Below, in pieces: positions 9,662-21,211 of a stretch of 64,000 nt of DNA. The position numbers and the translations under genes are program-made. Each line of letters starts with the position of its first letter. Within the stretch, counting starts at the first letter, position 1. The notes under the pieces are model-generated. The model did not search any database, was not told the origin of the DNA, and worked only from the letters and a program-made list of their open reading frames with translations. The stretch spans positions 704,001 through 768,000 of the forward strand of contig OY970303.1 in the NCBI GenBank assembly GCA_963716255.1, given 5' to 3'. The DNA comes from an uncultured Gemmatimonadales bacterium (GTDB lineage Bacteria > Gemmatimonadota > Gemmatimonadetes > Longimicrobiales > Longimicrobiaceae).

Positions 9662-9800
9662 ATCCTGTTCGGAGGGAGACTCGCCGGCAGTATGGCGAGG
9701 CTCCCTCCGGCGCAGGGAGACACCGGGGCAGTTTCCGGTGGCTCCCTGCGCCCGCGGAGGAGACCGGCGGGGCTGTTTCCGCCGGGCTCCGTAGCGGCCC
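9662..9800 (-). repeat. Structured repeat family B, copy 2
   Basis: Three GAGC...AAACWGCC/ATACTGCC...TCTCC hairpins just after the TonB receptor stop. Confidence 0.82.
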
Positions 9801-9814
9801 CCTGCTACAATCTC

Positions 9815-12427
9815 TTAAAACTCGTACTTGACGCGCAGCAGCGCCATGCGCCCGATGAACGGCGCGCCCGGGAAGCTCCGGTGCTCCTCGTCCAGCAGGT
9901 TCTGCACGCTCAGCTGGACGGTGGCGCCGGAGAACCGCGGCAGAGTGTAGCCCAGGTTCAGGTCCAGCAGCGTGGCGTCGTCCACGCAGTCCTCGGCGAG
10001 CGGGGCGGTGGCGAAGTCGCCGCCCAGGCACTTGGTGCCGATGTACACGCCCGAGTTCACCGGGAACCCGGCGTTGTAGCGCACGCGCGCCTCGCCGTTG
10101 AAGCCCCAGCCGTCGTTGCGGTAGAGGAGCGCCATGCTCCCCTTCCGCTTGGGCGCGTTCAGCGTCACCAGCCCGGCGTTGCTGCTCTGGAAGCGGTCCT
10201 TGTTGACGAACGAGGCGTTGGCCGAGAGCGACCACTGGTCGGTGAGCAGCGCCGTGGCCGAGAGGTCGGAGCCCCACAGCTCGATGGTCTCGTCCACGTT
10301 GGTGTAGGTGACCAGCAGCTGCCCGCCGTTGGCGTTGACGTCCGCCGAGGAGACCACCCCCACCGGCACCGACGCCAGGTTGGGCGTGAGCTGCTGCGCG
10401 GTGGCGGCGGCCTGCGCCTGCGCCTGCGCGAGCGGGAGGCCGGCCGCCTGGAAGAAGGGGACGAGCCGCGGCACCAGGTACGCTCCCACCTGCGGGCCGT
10501 TGAGGAGCAGGAGCGGCGTCTGGATGGTGAGCGGGGTGACCAGGTTCTCCTTCTGCGACCACCACAGGTCGGCCGCCAGGAGCAGCTTGCCGCCCAGGAT
10601 CCCCTTGTAGCCCGCCTCCAGGGTGTTGGAGCCGGACTCGCGGATGGGATCGACGTCGGGGAGGTCGAGCTCCGAGAGCGGGTGCGGGGTGTTCCCCTGC
10701 CCCACCACGCTCAGGTAGTTGGTCCCGATGTCGGTGCCGGTGGGGCGCAGCCCGCTCAGGTACGTGACCAGCGCCGCCGGGAGCGGCTGCCCGCGCGCGG
10801 CGGCCCCCTGCGCCACCGCGCCCACCGCCGCCGCCCAGTACGCCGCCGCGTTGGCGGGGACCAGGGTCTGCGGGGCGCCGGGGGTGAAGGGCGAGCGCAT
10901 GAGGTAGCTGCCGTCCGCCTGGCGGAAGCGGAAGCCGGTGTCGCCGGTGCCCTGCACGCGCAGGCTGTAGCCCAGCTGCGCCAGCTGCAGGTTGGGGATG
11001 GAGGAGCCCAGGTCCAGGAACTGGTTGAGGGAGCTGGGGGTGGAGAAGGCGCGGTTGAAGGAGACGCGGAAGGCCTGGTTCTCGGCGGGCTTGAACACCA
11101 GCGCCGCGCGCGGGGAGAAGAGCGGCTCCGGGAGCGCGGAGTGGGTGTCCACCCGTCCGGCGAGCACCAGGTCCAGCATGGACGAGATGGCCGTCTCGGA
11201 CTGGAGGTAGGCGCCGAACTCGTTGGTCTCGTCGTCGTCCTCGTACAGGCCGTTGATGGTGCCGTTGGTGACCGGGGTGGTCAGCGTGTAGTCGGCGCCG
11301 TAGGTGAAGTTCTGCCGCTCGCCCAGCCGCATGCCGTGCTGCAGCTGCCCCACCAGAAGCCTGGACTGGTCCTGGATGGGGGCGCCGTTGCGGAGCAGGT
11401 AGGTGTCGCCGGCGTCGCTGGTGTTGAGGTAGACCTGCGCGAACAGCCGGTTCCAGTTGGTGCGCAGCTGGTAGTAGGTGTAGCGCCAGTCCCTGACCTG
11501 CGCGGCGCCCAGGCCGGTCAGCTCCACGCCGCTCACCGAGTTGGTGGTGCCCACCGAGGCGATGGCCGTCAGGTCCGGCCGCACGCGCCAGTCGGCGCGC
11601 GCCTCGCCGCTCCAGCGCTCCACGTCGTTGTCGCGCAGCCCGATGCGGTCGATGCGCGCCTGGGCTTCCGGCTGGTCGATCCCCACGGCGCGCATCAGGT
11701 CGGCGCGGTAGAACGGCAGGTTGGAGGCGAACTTGGTCACCTCCGCCGTTTCGGCGGGATCGGTGTAGCCCCACTCGGTGCCGCGCAGGTACTGGCCGGA
11801 CACCTTGAACCCGAAGTCCTCGCCCAGCAGGTGCGAGGTGCGGAAGGTGCCGTGGAACACGTCGCGCTCGCCGCCCGCCACGGTCAGGCTGTTCCCCTGG
11901 TACTCCAGCGGGGAGCGGGTGATCATGTGCAGGATGCCGTTGGCCGTGTTGGGGCCGTAGAGCGCCGCCCCCGGCCCGAGCACCACCTCCATGCGCTGCA
12001 GGTCCTCGTTGTTGCTGGGGACGAAGTGCAGCAGGTTGACGCGCAGCGAGGGGACGCCGGCGATGCGGTTGTCGGTGAGGGCGTGCAGCGAGCCGGAGAA
12101 GATGTTGTTGAAGCCGCGCGCCACCACGTTGGACGACTGGAGCCCGGTGCTCGCGATGTCCACGCCGGGGACGGAGCGCAGGTGCTCGGTGGCGCTGACG
12201 GCGGGGCGCTCGTCGATGGCGCGCTCCCCCACCACCTCCACCCGGGCCGGCGCGTTCAGCGCCTTTTCCGGGCGCTTGGACGCCGAGACCACGATGGGAT
12301 CCAGCTCCACCCCCTTGAGGGTGTCCTGCGCCGCCGTCTGTGGGCGCTCCTGCGCGCCCGCCTGCGGCACGGCACAGAGGGCGACCACGACCGCGGAAAC
12401 GACGCTGCCTGCACGGCGACTGCGCAT
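9815..12427 (-). CDS. TonB-dependent outer membrane receptor
   Basis: Signal peptide, LDPIVVSASKRPE TonB-box region, plug (RMEVVLGPGAALYG), C-terminal VQNLLD...GR...VKYEF. Confidence 0.93.
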   Translation of the reverse strand: MRSRRAGSVVSAVVVALCAVPQAGAQERPQTAAQDTLKGVELDPIVVSASKRPEKALNAPARVEVVGERAIDERPAVSATEHLRSVPGVDIASTGLQSSNVVARGFNNIFSGSLHALTDNRIAGVPSLRVNLLHFVPSNNEDLQRMEVVLGPGAALYGPNTANGILHMITRSPLEYQGNSLTVAGGERDVFHGTFRTSHLLGEDFGFKVSGQYLRGTEWGYTDPAETAEVTKFASNLPFYRADLMRAVGIDQPEAQARIDRIGLRDNDVERWSGEARADWRVRPDLTAIASVGTTNSVSGVELTGLGAAQVRDWRYTYYQLRTNWNRLFAQVYLNTSDAGDTYLLRNGAPIQDQSRLLVGQLQHGMRLGERQNFTYGADYTLTTPVTNGTINGLYEDDDETNEFGAYLQSETAISSMLDLVLAGRVDTHSALPEPLFSPRAALVFKPAENQAFRVSFNRAFSTPSSLNQFLDLGSSIPNLQLAQLGYSLRVQGTGDTGFRFRQADGSYLMRSPFTPGAPQTLVPANAAAYWAAAVGAVAQGAAARGQPLPAALVTYLSGLRPTGTDIGTNYLSVVGQGNTPHPLSELDLPDVDPIRESGSNTLEAGYKGILGGKLLLAADLWWSQKENLVTPLTIQTPLLLLNGPQVGAYLVPRLVPFFQAAGLPLAQAQAQAAATAQQLTPNLASVPVGVVSSADVNANGGQLLVTYTNVDETIELWGSDLSATALLTDQWSLSANASFVNKDRFQSSNAGLVTLNAPKRKGSMALLYRNDGWGFNGEARVRYNAGFPVNSGVYIGTKCLGGDFATAPLAEDCVDDATLLDLNLGYTLPRFSGATVQLSVQNLLDEEHRSFPGAPFIGRMALLRVKYEF

Positions 12428-12626
12428 GCACACCTCCGGATGGGGGATGGGGACCGGACTTCGGTGGGACTGCCAGGGAGTATCGGCCGGCGCGGACGCG
12501 CCGAGGTGCGGCTGCGGTCCCATCCCGCCCGCGGGGAGCTGGGGGCGGCGGAGCTACGGGGACCGTGGGAACGATGAATGGTACGATACGGCCGGAGGCG
12601 GCCGGCGGGCAAGGACTTCGAACGGC

Positions 12627-12776
12627 AGGGGACAGGGGACAGCCTGCAACGGCGACCCCCTCCCCCGGCCCCTCCCCGCAAGGGGGAGGGGAGAACGACA
12701 CGACGCACATGGGGGTCAGGAAGCCCTCCCCCAGAATTGGGGGAGGGTGGCGAGCCTAAGCGAGCCGGGTGGGGGC
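12627..12776. repeat. Stacked short repeats: GGGRACA heptamers and CCCTCYCC...GGGAGGG REP-like hairpins (family C)
   Basis: Near-identical blocks recur at 34143-34308, 44803-45108, 50512-50554 and 60159-60187. Confidence 0.75.
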
Positions 12777-12801
12777 CCCCGCGGACGCTAGCGCAAAACC
12801 C

Positions 12802-12929
12802 GCGTGAGGGATTTTGGCCCGAAGGGGCGAGACCCGGCGCAGTCTGCCGGGGCTCGACTCCGTAAGCCCGCGTCGTTTGCGGGCTTACGGAGCCGAAGCC
12901 CGACCCCGGCGCCAGCCGGGGGCACGCCC
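12802..12929 (-). repeat. Structured repeat family A, copy 4
   Basis: 22 nt after the dehydrogenase stop. Confidence 0.9.
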
Positions 12930-12951
12930 GAACCCGCCGTCGCCGTCCGTC

Positions 12952-14007
<1,056 letters not shown>

Positions 14008-14084
14008 TCTAAGACCGTGGTGGTGGTTATTGTTTACGCGGACGCGGCTACGGGGCCCGTACGCGCATGGAGGCGGCGGGCCGC

Positions 14085-15221
14085 CTAGCGGTACAGATCC
14101 TTCGCGATGACTACCCTCTGAATCTCGCTCGTGCCTTCGTAGATCTCCGTCACCTTGGCGTCGCGGAACAGCTTCTCCACCGGGTACTCCTTGACGTAGC
14201 CGTACCCGCCGAACACCTGCACCGCCTGCGTGGTCACGAACATGGCCGCCTCGGAGGCGAACAGCTTGGCCATGGAGGCCAGCCGCGTGACCGGCTCGCC
14301 GGCGTCCTTGGCGGCCGCGGCGCGGTACAGGAGCCCTCGCGCCGCCTCGATCCGAGTCGCCATGTCGGCGAGCTTGAACTGCATTCCCTGGAAGTCGCGG
14401 ATGGCGGTGCCGAACTGCCTGCGCTCCGCCGCGTACGCGAGGGCGTGCTCCAGCGCCGCCTGCGCGATGCCGATGGCGAGCGCCGCGATCCCCATGCGCC
14501 CGTTGTCCAGCCCCTGGAGCGCGTAGATGAACCCCTGCGACGGGTCGCCGAGCAGCTGGTCGTCGGGGACGAACAGGTCGTGGAAGGCGATTCCCACCGT
14601 CTCGGAGGCCCGCTGCCCCATCTTGTCCTCCTTCTTGCCCACGACGTAGCCCTCGGCGTCGGTGCGCAGGAGGAAGGCGCCGATCCCCTTGGCCCCCCTG
14701 CGGTCGCCGGGGGTGTCGGTGCGGGCCATGGCGACGACCACGTCGCCGAAGCCCCCGTTGGTGATCCACGCCTTGGAGCCGTTGAGCACCCAGCCCCCGT
14801 CGGCCTTCACCGCCTGCGCGGCCATCCCCGCCGCGTCCGAGCCGGCGTCCGCCTCGGAGAGGGCGAAGCCGCCCAGCCACTCGCCGCGGGCCATGGGGCG
14901 GAGGAAGCGCTCCTTCTGCTCCTCGCTTCCCCGGGCAAGGATCATCTGGGTGGGGAGCGAGTTGTGGACGCTCATCGCCACCGCCACCGACGAGTCGCCC
15001 CAGGCGATCTGCTCCAGCGCCAGCAGGTACGACATCGTGTCCAGCTCCAGCCCGTCCCACGCCTCCGGGAGCAGCATCCCCAGGAAGCCCAGCTCCCCCA
15101 GCTTGGCGATCACCTCGCGGGGGAGGTGCGCCTCCCGGTCCCACTCCTCGGCGTGCGGCCGCAGCTCGCCCTCGGCGAACTCGCGCGCCAGGTCGCGTAT
15201 CTGTAGTTGTTCGGGCGTCAT
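14085..15221 (-). CDS. Acyl-CoA dehydrogenase
   Basis: [51 protein letters not shown]. Confidence 0.95.
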   Translation of the reverse strand: MTPEQLQIRDLAREFAEGELRPHAEEWDREAHLPREVIAKLGELGFLGMLLPEAWDGLELDTMSYLLALEQIAWGDSSVAVAMSVHNSLPTQMILARGSEEQKERFLRPMARGEWLGGFALSEADAGSDAAGMAAQAVKADGGWVLNGSKAWITNGGFGDVVVAMARTDTPGDRRGAKGIGAFLLRTDAEGYVVGKKEDKMGQRASETVGIAFHDLFVPDDQLLGDPSQGFIYALQGLDNGRMGIAALAIGIAQAALEHALAYAAERRQFGTAIRDFQGMQFKLADMATRIEAARGLLYRAAAAKDAGEPVTRLASMAKLFASEAAMFVTTQAVQVFGGYGYVKEYPVEKLFRDAKVTEIYEGTSEIQRVVIAKDLYR

Positions 15222-15338
15222 CCCGTTACATCGGCTCGCATGGAAGGGCCGCCGCGCCAGCCGCGGCCCGAAGGCATTGTACCGCGATGGTACAAAAAGG
15301 AGCGGCGGCGGACCGCGGGACGCGGCCGCCGCCGGGGC

Positions 15339-16193
15339 TCAGTACGCGTAGAACCCCTCGCCGGTCTTGCGGCCCAGCTTGCCGGCGGCCACGTACTTCC
15401 GCAGCAGCGGGCACGGGCGGTACTTGTCGTCGCCCAGGCCGTCGTGCAGCACCTGCATGATCGCCAGGCAGGTGTCCAGCCCGATGAGGTCGGCAAGCGC
15501 CAGCGGCCCCATGGGGTGGTTCATCCCCAGCTTCATGACCGTGTCGATGGCCTCCCGGTCCGCCACGCCCTCCATGAGGCAGAACACCGCCTCGTTGATC
15601 ATGGGCATGAGGATGCGGTTGGCAACGAAGCCCGGGTAGTCGGCGGCCTCGGCGACCGTCTTTCCCAGCTTCTCGGAGGTTGCGACCACCGTCCGCGCGG
15701 TCTCGTCCGAGGTGGCGAGGCCGCGGATGATCTCCACCAGCTTCATGACCGGCACCGGGTTCATGAAGTGCATCCCGATCACCCGGTCGGCACGCTTCGT
15801 CTGCGCGGCGATCTCGGTGATGGAGATGGAGGAGGTGTTGCTCGCCAGGATGGCGTGCTCGGGCGCGGCCTCGTCCATCGCCCGGAAGATGCGGAACTTG
15901 AGGTCGCGGTTCTCGGTGGCGGCCTCCACCACCAGGTCGGCGCCCGCGACGCCCTGCGCCGGGTCGGTCGCCGTGGCGATGCGGTCCAGCGCGGCGGCCT
16001 TTTCGTCCTCGGTGTACGCGCCCTTCTTGATCTGCCGGTCCATGTTGCCGGAGATGACGGACCGTGCCCGCTCCAGCGCGTCGGCCGCGACGTCCACCAT
16101 GGTGACGTCGTAGCCGTTCTGCGCGAACACGTGGACGATGCCGTTGCCCATCGTCCCCGCCCCGATCACCGCCACCCTGCTGATCTCAGCCAT
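15339..16193 (-). CDS. hbd: 3-hydroxybutyryl-CoA dehydrogenase
   Basis: [48 protein letters not shown]. Confidence 0.93.
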   Translation of the reverse strand: MAEISRVAVIGAGTMGNGIVHVFAQNGYDVTMVDVAADALERARSVISGNMDRQIKKGAYTEDEKAAALDRIATATDPAQGVAGADLVVEAATENRDLKFRIFRAMDEAAPEHAILASNTSSISITEIAAQTKRADRVIGMHFMNPVPVMKLVEIIRGLATSDETARTVVATSEKLGKTVAEAADYPGFVANRILMPMINEAVFCLMEGVADREAIDTVMKLGMNHPMGPLALADLIGLDTCLAIMQVLHDGLGDDKYRPCPLLRKYVAAGKLGRKTGEGFYAY

Positions 16194-16220
16194 GGTAAGT
16201 CGCCGTGGAAAGCGTTGTCG

Positions 16221-16589
16221 TCATCCTAGCAGCAGCCACCCGGCAAAGTAGATCCCCACCAGGATCCCGCCGGTGGCGACGAGCCACAGGTCCAGCCTCT
16301 CCCCCGCCCCGGCCCGCTCCGCGTGCCGCCGGGCATCCACCGCGCCGTGCACGGAGCCGGCGTCCACCACGTCGCGGAAGCCCACCCCGCGCCTGCCGAG
16401 GCGCGCCGTCGCCCCGAAGAGCACGGCCATCACCCCGGCCGTCCACACCGTCAACAGCCAGGCGCGCTCGCGCTCGGGCCCCGTACGCAGCCCGATGGCC
16501 TCGTACGGCAGCAGGAGCGCGGCGGCCACGGCGACCGCGGCCGCCACGCCCACGGCCCATCCCCAGAAGCGCAGCGCGCGCCCCCTCAC
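16221..16589 (-). CDS. Hypothetical membrane protein (3 TM)
   Basis: GTG overlaps the CPBP stop; three hydrophobic segments. Confidence 0.65.
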   Translation of the reverse strand: MRGRALRFWGWAVGVAAAVAVAAALLLPYEAIGLRTGPERERAWLLTVWTAGVMAVLFGATARLGRRGVGFRDVVDAGSVHGAVDARRHAERAGAGERLDLWLVATGGILVGIYFAGWLLLG

Positions 16590-17572
16590 GACCACCGCTC
16601 GCACGGCGCGGCCCCGTGGTGATCCCCTTCCGCTCCCGGGAAGGGGTCGGGGACGGGGGTGTCGTCCACCAGCGGGCCCAGCCTGCGCACGTCGGGCGAC
16701 TCGCGCAGCCGGGGCGTACGCACCAGCCATGCCGTGCCGGCCGCGAGCACCAGCGTGGCGGCGAGCCCGGCCTCGGGGCCGAAGGCGCCGCCGGTCCACC
16801 AGTCGGGCCCGGTCTCCATCCCGGTGTACAGCGGGGTGTCGATCTCCAGCCCGCTCACCGGCAGGTCGAGCAGGGTGGCCATGGTCCAGTTCCACCCCAG
16901 GTGCACCGCCGTGACGAACCACAGCGAGCGGGTGCGCAGGTACGCCGCCGACAGCATCAGCCCGGCCAGGAAGATGTTGGCCAGCCCCAGCGCGCGGACG
17001 TTGGGGTTCCCGGCGTGCGCCGCCGCGAAGAGCAGCGACAGGACCACCGCCGCCGGCCAGGCCCCCATTCCGCGCTCCAGCACCTGGAAGGGGTAGCCGC
17101 GGAAGAGCACCTCCTCCAGCGCCGCGGCCACGGCGAAGAAGGCCAGCGACCGCAGCGCGAACCCCAGGTAGCCCGGGAGCGTCCCCGCGTCGGGGATCCA
17201 CCTCGCGCCGCCCGTCACGGCCACCAGCAGCACCGCCGCGCCCAGGAGCGCCGCCCCGACCCCCATCCCCGTCCCGCTCTCGCCCACGGCGGCACGGCCC
17301 GGCGCGAAGCCCATCGCGCCGAACGGGCGGCGCTCCACCCCGCGCATCATCACCCACCCCGCGACGAGCGAAGCCAGCAGCGAGGCGGCCGTGGGCCCGA
17401 AGCTCAGCCCGTCGTCCCCCCCGAGCCCGAGCAGGCCCACCGCCCTCAGCAGGGTCGCCGACAGGGCCATGAACAGGACGGCGTACGCCGCCAGCCTCCA
17501 CACCGCGCCCCAGAGGCGGAGCAGAACGCCGCCCCGGCCGTCGCGGCGCGCTTCCGGGGGCGGGGTTTCCAC
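16586..17572 (-). CDS. CPBP (CAAX/Abi) family intramembrane metalloprotease
   Basis: EEVLFRGY, FAAAH and HLGWN motifs. Confidence 0.92.
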   Translation of the reverse strand: METPPPEARRDGRGGVLLRLWGAVWRLAAYAVLFMALSATLLRAVGLLGLGGDDGLSFGPTAASLLASLVAGWVMMRGVERRPFGAMGFAPGRAAVGESGTGMGVGAALLGAAVLLVAVTGGARWIPDAGTLPGYLGFALRSLAFFAVAAALEEVLFRGYPFQVLERGMGAWPAAVVLSLLFAAAHAGNPNVRALGLANIFLAGLMLSAAYLRTRSLWFVTAVHLGWNWTMATLLDLPVSGLEIDTPLYTGMETGPDWWTGGAFGPEAGLAATLVLAAGTAWLVRTPRLRESPDVRRLGPLVDDTPVPDPFPGAEGDHHGAAPCERWS

Positions 17573-17585
17573 GCGGAAGCGCCCT

Positions 17586-18158
17586 TCAGCTTCCGAAGAG
17601 CCGGAGGGCGCGTCCGCGGACGCGGTTCATCACCAGGACCACCATGAGGACCTTGACCAGGTCGGCGAGGACGAAGGGGCGCAGCCCCATCGCCACCGCC
17701 GTGTCCACGCTCCCCACCACCGCCAGCCACGCCAGCCCGCCGGCGTAGATGGCCGCCAGCGCGGCCACCAGGCCGGGGAGCGCGCGCAGGCCGCCGGAGC
17801 GCCCCAGCGCGCCGGCCAGGAACGCCGCGGCCGGGTACGCCATGAGGTAGCCGCCGGTGGGCCCCAGCAGGTACGCGGCGCCGCCGCCGGCCGCGAACAC
17901 GGGGAGCCCGGCGATGCCCGCGGCGAGATATGCCACCTGGCTCGCGGCGCCCAGGCGCGCGCCCAGCACCGCGCCGGCCAGCAGCACGAACAGCGGCTGG
18001 AGCGTGAACGGCACCGGCGTCCCCGGGAGCGGGATCGCCAGCCGCGCCCCGAAGGCGGTGGCGGCGGCGAACGCCAGGGTGCCGATCACCCGGCGGAGCG
18101 TGAGGGAGGGGACGACCTCGCGGCCGCCCAGCGCAAGCGTGTTCCGAAGCGTGCTCAT
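17586..18158 (-). CDS. bioY: Biotin transporter BioY
   Basis: PVPFTLQ, GLPVFA, GPTGGYL, PF...DLVK motifs. Confidence 0.92.
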   Translation of the reverse strand: MSTLRNTLALGGREVVPSLTLRRVIGTLAFAAATAFGARLAIPLPGTPVPFTLQPLFVLLAGAVLGARLGAASQVAYLAAGIAGLPVFAAGGGAAYLLGPTGGYLMAYPAAAFLAGALGRSGGLRALPGLVAALAAIYAGGLAWLAVVGSVDTAVAMGLRPFVLADLVKVLMVVLVMNRVRGRALRLFGS

Positions 18159-18175
18159 CTTTGTCTCGCTCGGGG

Positions 18176-19390
18176 TTAGACTCGTTCCACCGACAGAGCG
18201 ACCGCGTCGCCGCCGCCCAGGCAGAGCGTGGCGAGGCCGGTCTGGGCGTCGCGGTCCTTCATGGCGTGCAGCAGCGTGGTCAGCACCCGCGCGCCCGACG
18301 CGCCGATGGGGTGCCCCAGCGCGACGGCGCCGCCGTTGACGTTGACGCGGTCCCAGTCCCACCCCAGCCCGGCGCCGTCGGCGAGCGCCTGCACGGCGAA
18401 CGCCTCGTTGGCCTCGATCAGGTCGTAGTCGCCGATCTGCGTGCCGGACTTCTTCATCAGCTTCTTCACCGCCTCGATGGGGGCGAAGAACAGTTCCCTG
18501 GGCTCCACGGCGCCGGTGGAGTAGGCGTTGATGCGGGCCATGATCTCCAGCCCGTTGGCGCGCGCGTACTCCTCGGAGACCACCACCACGGCGGAGGCCC
18601 CGTCGTTCATGGAGGATGCGTTGCCCGCCGTCACCACCGGGTCGGTCACGTCCTTCGGCGCGTCCTTCGCGAAGGCGGGCTTGAGCCTGCCGAGCGACTC
18701 CATGCTGCTGTCGGCGCGCGGGCCCTCGTCCGTGTCCACCACGGTGGGGCCCTTGCGGCCGGCGATCTCCACCGGGACGATCTCCTCCCTGAACTTGCCG
18801 GCTTCCATGGCCGCCGTCGCCTTGCGGTGCGAGGCCACCGAGAACTCGTCGGCCATCTCGCGGGTGACGCCCGCCTTCTTGGCGGTGTACTCGGCGTGGC
18901 CGCCCATGTGGACCTCGCAGAACGAGCACCACAGCCCGTCGCGGATCAGCCCGTCCACCACCGTCTGGTCGCCGAACTTGACGCCGTTCCGGTAGCCGTA
19001 CAGGTAGAAGGGCGCGTTGGACATGGACTCCTGCCCGCCGGCGATCACCACCTGGCTGTCCCCCGCGCGGATGGACTGCGCGGCGAGCATCACGGCCTTG
19101 AGGCCGGAGCCGCACACCTTGTTGATGGTGAGCGCGGACACCATGGCCGGGAGCCCGGACTTGATGACCGCCTGGCGCGCGGGGGCCTGCCCCACGCCGC
19201 CCTGCACCACGTTGCCCATGATGACCTCGGCCACGTCGTCCGGCGAGACGCCGGAGCGCGCCACCGCCTCGCGGATGGCGATCGCGCCCAGCTCGGGCGC
19301 GGACAGCGGGGCGAGCGCCCCCAGGAAGCGGCCGATGGGGGTGCGGACCGCGCTCACGATCACGGGCGTGGTCCGCGGGTCGTTCGACAT
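18176..19390 (-). CDS. Acetyl-CoA C-acetyltransferase (thiolase)
   Basis: [35 protein letters not shown]. Confidence 0.96.
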   Translation of the reverse strand: MSNDPRTTPVIVSAVRTPIGRFLGALAPLSAPELGAIAIREAVARSGVSPDDVAEVIMGNVVQGGVGQAPARQAVIKSGLPAMVSALTINKVCGSGLKAVMLAAQSIRAGDSQVVIAGGQESMSNAPFYLYGYRNGVKFGDQTVVDGLIRDGLWCSFCEVHMGGHAEYTAKKAGVTREMADEFSVASHRKATAAMEAGKFREEIVPVEIAGRKGPTVVDTDEGPRADSSMESLGRLKPAFAKDAPKDVTDPVVTAGNASSMNDGASAVVVVSEEYARANGLEIMARINAYSTGAVEPRELFFAPIEAVKKLMKKSGTQIGDYDLIEANEAFAVQALADGAGLGWDWDRVNVNGGAVALGHPIGASGARVLTTLLHAMKDRDAQTGLATLCLGGGDAVALSVERV

Positions 19391-19445
19391 CTGGATCATA
19401 TCTCCGGTCCTGTTGGGTCTGGGCTCATTCGTCGGCGCGGCGTCC

Positions 19446-20339
19446 TCACACGGGCCGCAGCGCCACTCCCTTCGCGTCCGCCTCCACGTATCCCCACGGC
19501 GTCGCCGGGTCGTGCGTGGAGACCAGCAGCCAGCGCTCGTCCACGGCGCGGCGCAGCAGCGCCCGCTTGGACTCCAGCGTGACCAGGGGCTCCACGTCGT
19601 ACCCCATGATCCACGGGAGCGGGAGGTGCGCCATGGTGGGGACCACGTCCGCCATGAAGCACGCCGTCTCGCCGCCGGAGCGCACCAGCACCGACTGGTG
19701 GAAGGGGCAGTGCCCCGGCGTCGGCAGCGTCGCGATCCCGGGCACGATCTCCACGGCGCCCTCCACCAGCTCCAGCCGCCCGGCCCGCATCACCGGGACG
19801 AAGTTGTCCGGGAGGTAGCTGGCCTGGGTGCGCTCGTTGGCGCGGTGCGCCCAGTCCCACTCGCCGCGCTGCACGTGGTAGCGCGCGTTGGGAAACGAGA
19901 GCCGCACCGCCCCCTCCGCGTCGCGGAAGGTGTTGCCCCCCGCGTGGTCGAAGTGGAGGTGCGTGTTCACCACCACGCCCACGTCCTCCGGCGAGAAGCC
20001 GGCCAGGCGCACCGCTTCCTGGAGGCGGTCGGGGGCGCCGGAGCCGGGGGACGCAGCGTTGTCCACGCCGTAGATGTCCCGGAACTTCGCGTCCTCCTTG
20101 TTCCCCAGCCCGGTCTCCACCAGCACCAGGGCGTCCCGCGTCTCCACCAGCAGGCAGCGGAGCCCCAGGGGGATGCGGTTGCGCTCGTCGGCGGGGATGC
20201 GGCGCTCCCAGAGCGGCTTCGGGACCACCCCGAACATCGCCCCGCCGTCCAGTCGCTGGGTCCCCGCCTCCAGCGCGTGGATGCGGAAGTCGCCCAGCGC
20301 GCGGGTCCGCACCAGCGGCGGCGCCCCGGCTTCGCTCAC
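19446..20339 (-). CDS. MBL-fold metallo-hydrolase (YtnP-like)
   Basis: LDGGAMFGVVPK, THLHFDHAGG, TPGHC, GYD; GTG start overlaps the upstream stop. Confidence 0.92.
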   Translation of the reverse strand: MSEAGAPPLVRTRALGDFRIHALEAGTQRLDGGAMFGVVPKPLWERRIPADERNRIPLGLRCLLVETRDALVLVETGLGNKEDAKFRDIYGVDNAASPGSGAPDRLQEAVRLAGFSPEDVGVVVNTHLHFDHAGGNTFRDAEGAVRLSFPNARYHVQRGEWDWAHRANERTQASYLPDNFVPVMRAGRLELVEGAVEIVPGIATLPTPGHCPFHQSVLVRSGGETACFMADVVPTMAHLPLPWIMGYDVEPLVTLESKRALLRRAVDERWLLVSTHDPATPWGYVEADAKGVALRPV

Positions 20340-21211
20340 GCCTGGTCCATGGAACGCGGGGTGGCGGTGCGCTTGCGGCGCGGGGCGCGCTTCCCCAGGA
20401 GCACGTCCACCCCATCCCAGTCCTCGATCCCCCGCTCCTCCAGCGCGTCCAGGAAGCGCAGCAGCACGTGCGCGGTCGCCACCGCGTCGTCCAGGGCGCG
20501 GTGCCGCGACTCGATCTCCAGGCCGAAGTACAGCGCCAGCCCGTCCAGCGAGCGCGACGGGAGCTGCGGGAGGAGCTTGCGGGCCAGCTTCACCGTGCAC
20601 AGCTGCCGCCCGGCGGGGAGGATCCCCGTGGAGCGCTCCAGCTCGGCGCACACGAAGCGCCAGTCGAAGGGGGCGTTGTGGGCGACGAAGACCCGCCCCT
20701 CCAGGAGGGGGAGGACCTGGTCGGCCACCTGCCCGAAGCGCGGCGCGCCGGCCACCATCGCGTCGGTGATCCCGGTGAGCGACACGATCATGGAGGGGAT
20801 GCGCACCCCCGGGTTCACCAGCGTGGCGAAGCTTTCGCGGATCTCCCCGCCCTCCACGCACACGGCGGCGATCTCGGTGACGCGGTGCCCGCTCCCCGGG
20901 GAGCCGCCCGTGGTCTCCACGTCCACCACGACGAAGCGCTCGTCGCGCAGCAGCCTGCGGACCGGCGCCTGCGCGCCCAGCGACCACACGCCCTCGGTCG
21001 ACACGGAGAAGCGGGGGTCCGTCCCCAGCAGCGCGAACACCGCCGCGGCGGCCGCCCGCGCGTCGCCCCGGATGCCCAGGACCTGCGAGGCGAGCACCGC
21101 CGTGTCCAGCGGCCCGTATTCCAGCATGCGGACGGCCCGCTCGGTCAGCGACCCGCCGCGCTGGAAGCGGAGCCCCTCGTTGTAAGCGCCCTGCATCTGC
21201 ACCGCTTTCAC
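20336..21211 (-). CDS. DnaQ/PolC-type DEDDh 3'-5' exonuclease with N-terminal extension
   Basis: VVVDVETTG, VAHNAPFD and HRALDDA motifs; start could be GTG 21211 or ATG 21196. Confidence 0.9.
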   Translation of the reverse strand: MKAVQMQGAYNEGLRFQRGGSLTERAVRMLEYGPLDTAVLASQVLGIRGDARAAAAAVFALLGTDPRFSVSTEGVWSLGAQAPVRRLLRDERFVVVDVETTGGSPGSGHRVTEIAAVCVEGGEIRESFATLVNPGVRIPSMIVSLTGITDAMVAGAPRFGQVADQVLPLLEGRVFVAHNAPFDWRFVCAELERSTGILPAGRQLCTVKLARKLLPQLPSRSLDGLALYFGLEIESRHRALDDAVATAHVLLRFLDALEERGIEDWDGVDVLLGKRAPRRKRTATPRSMDQA

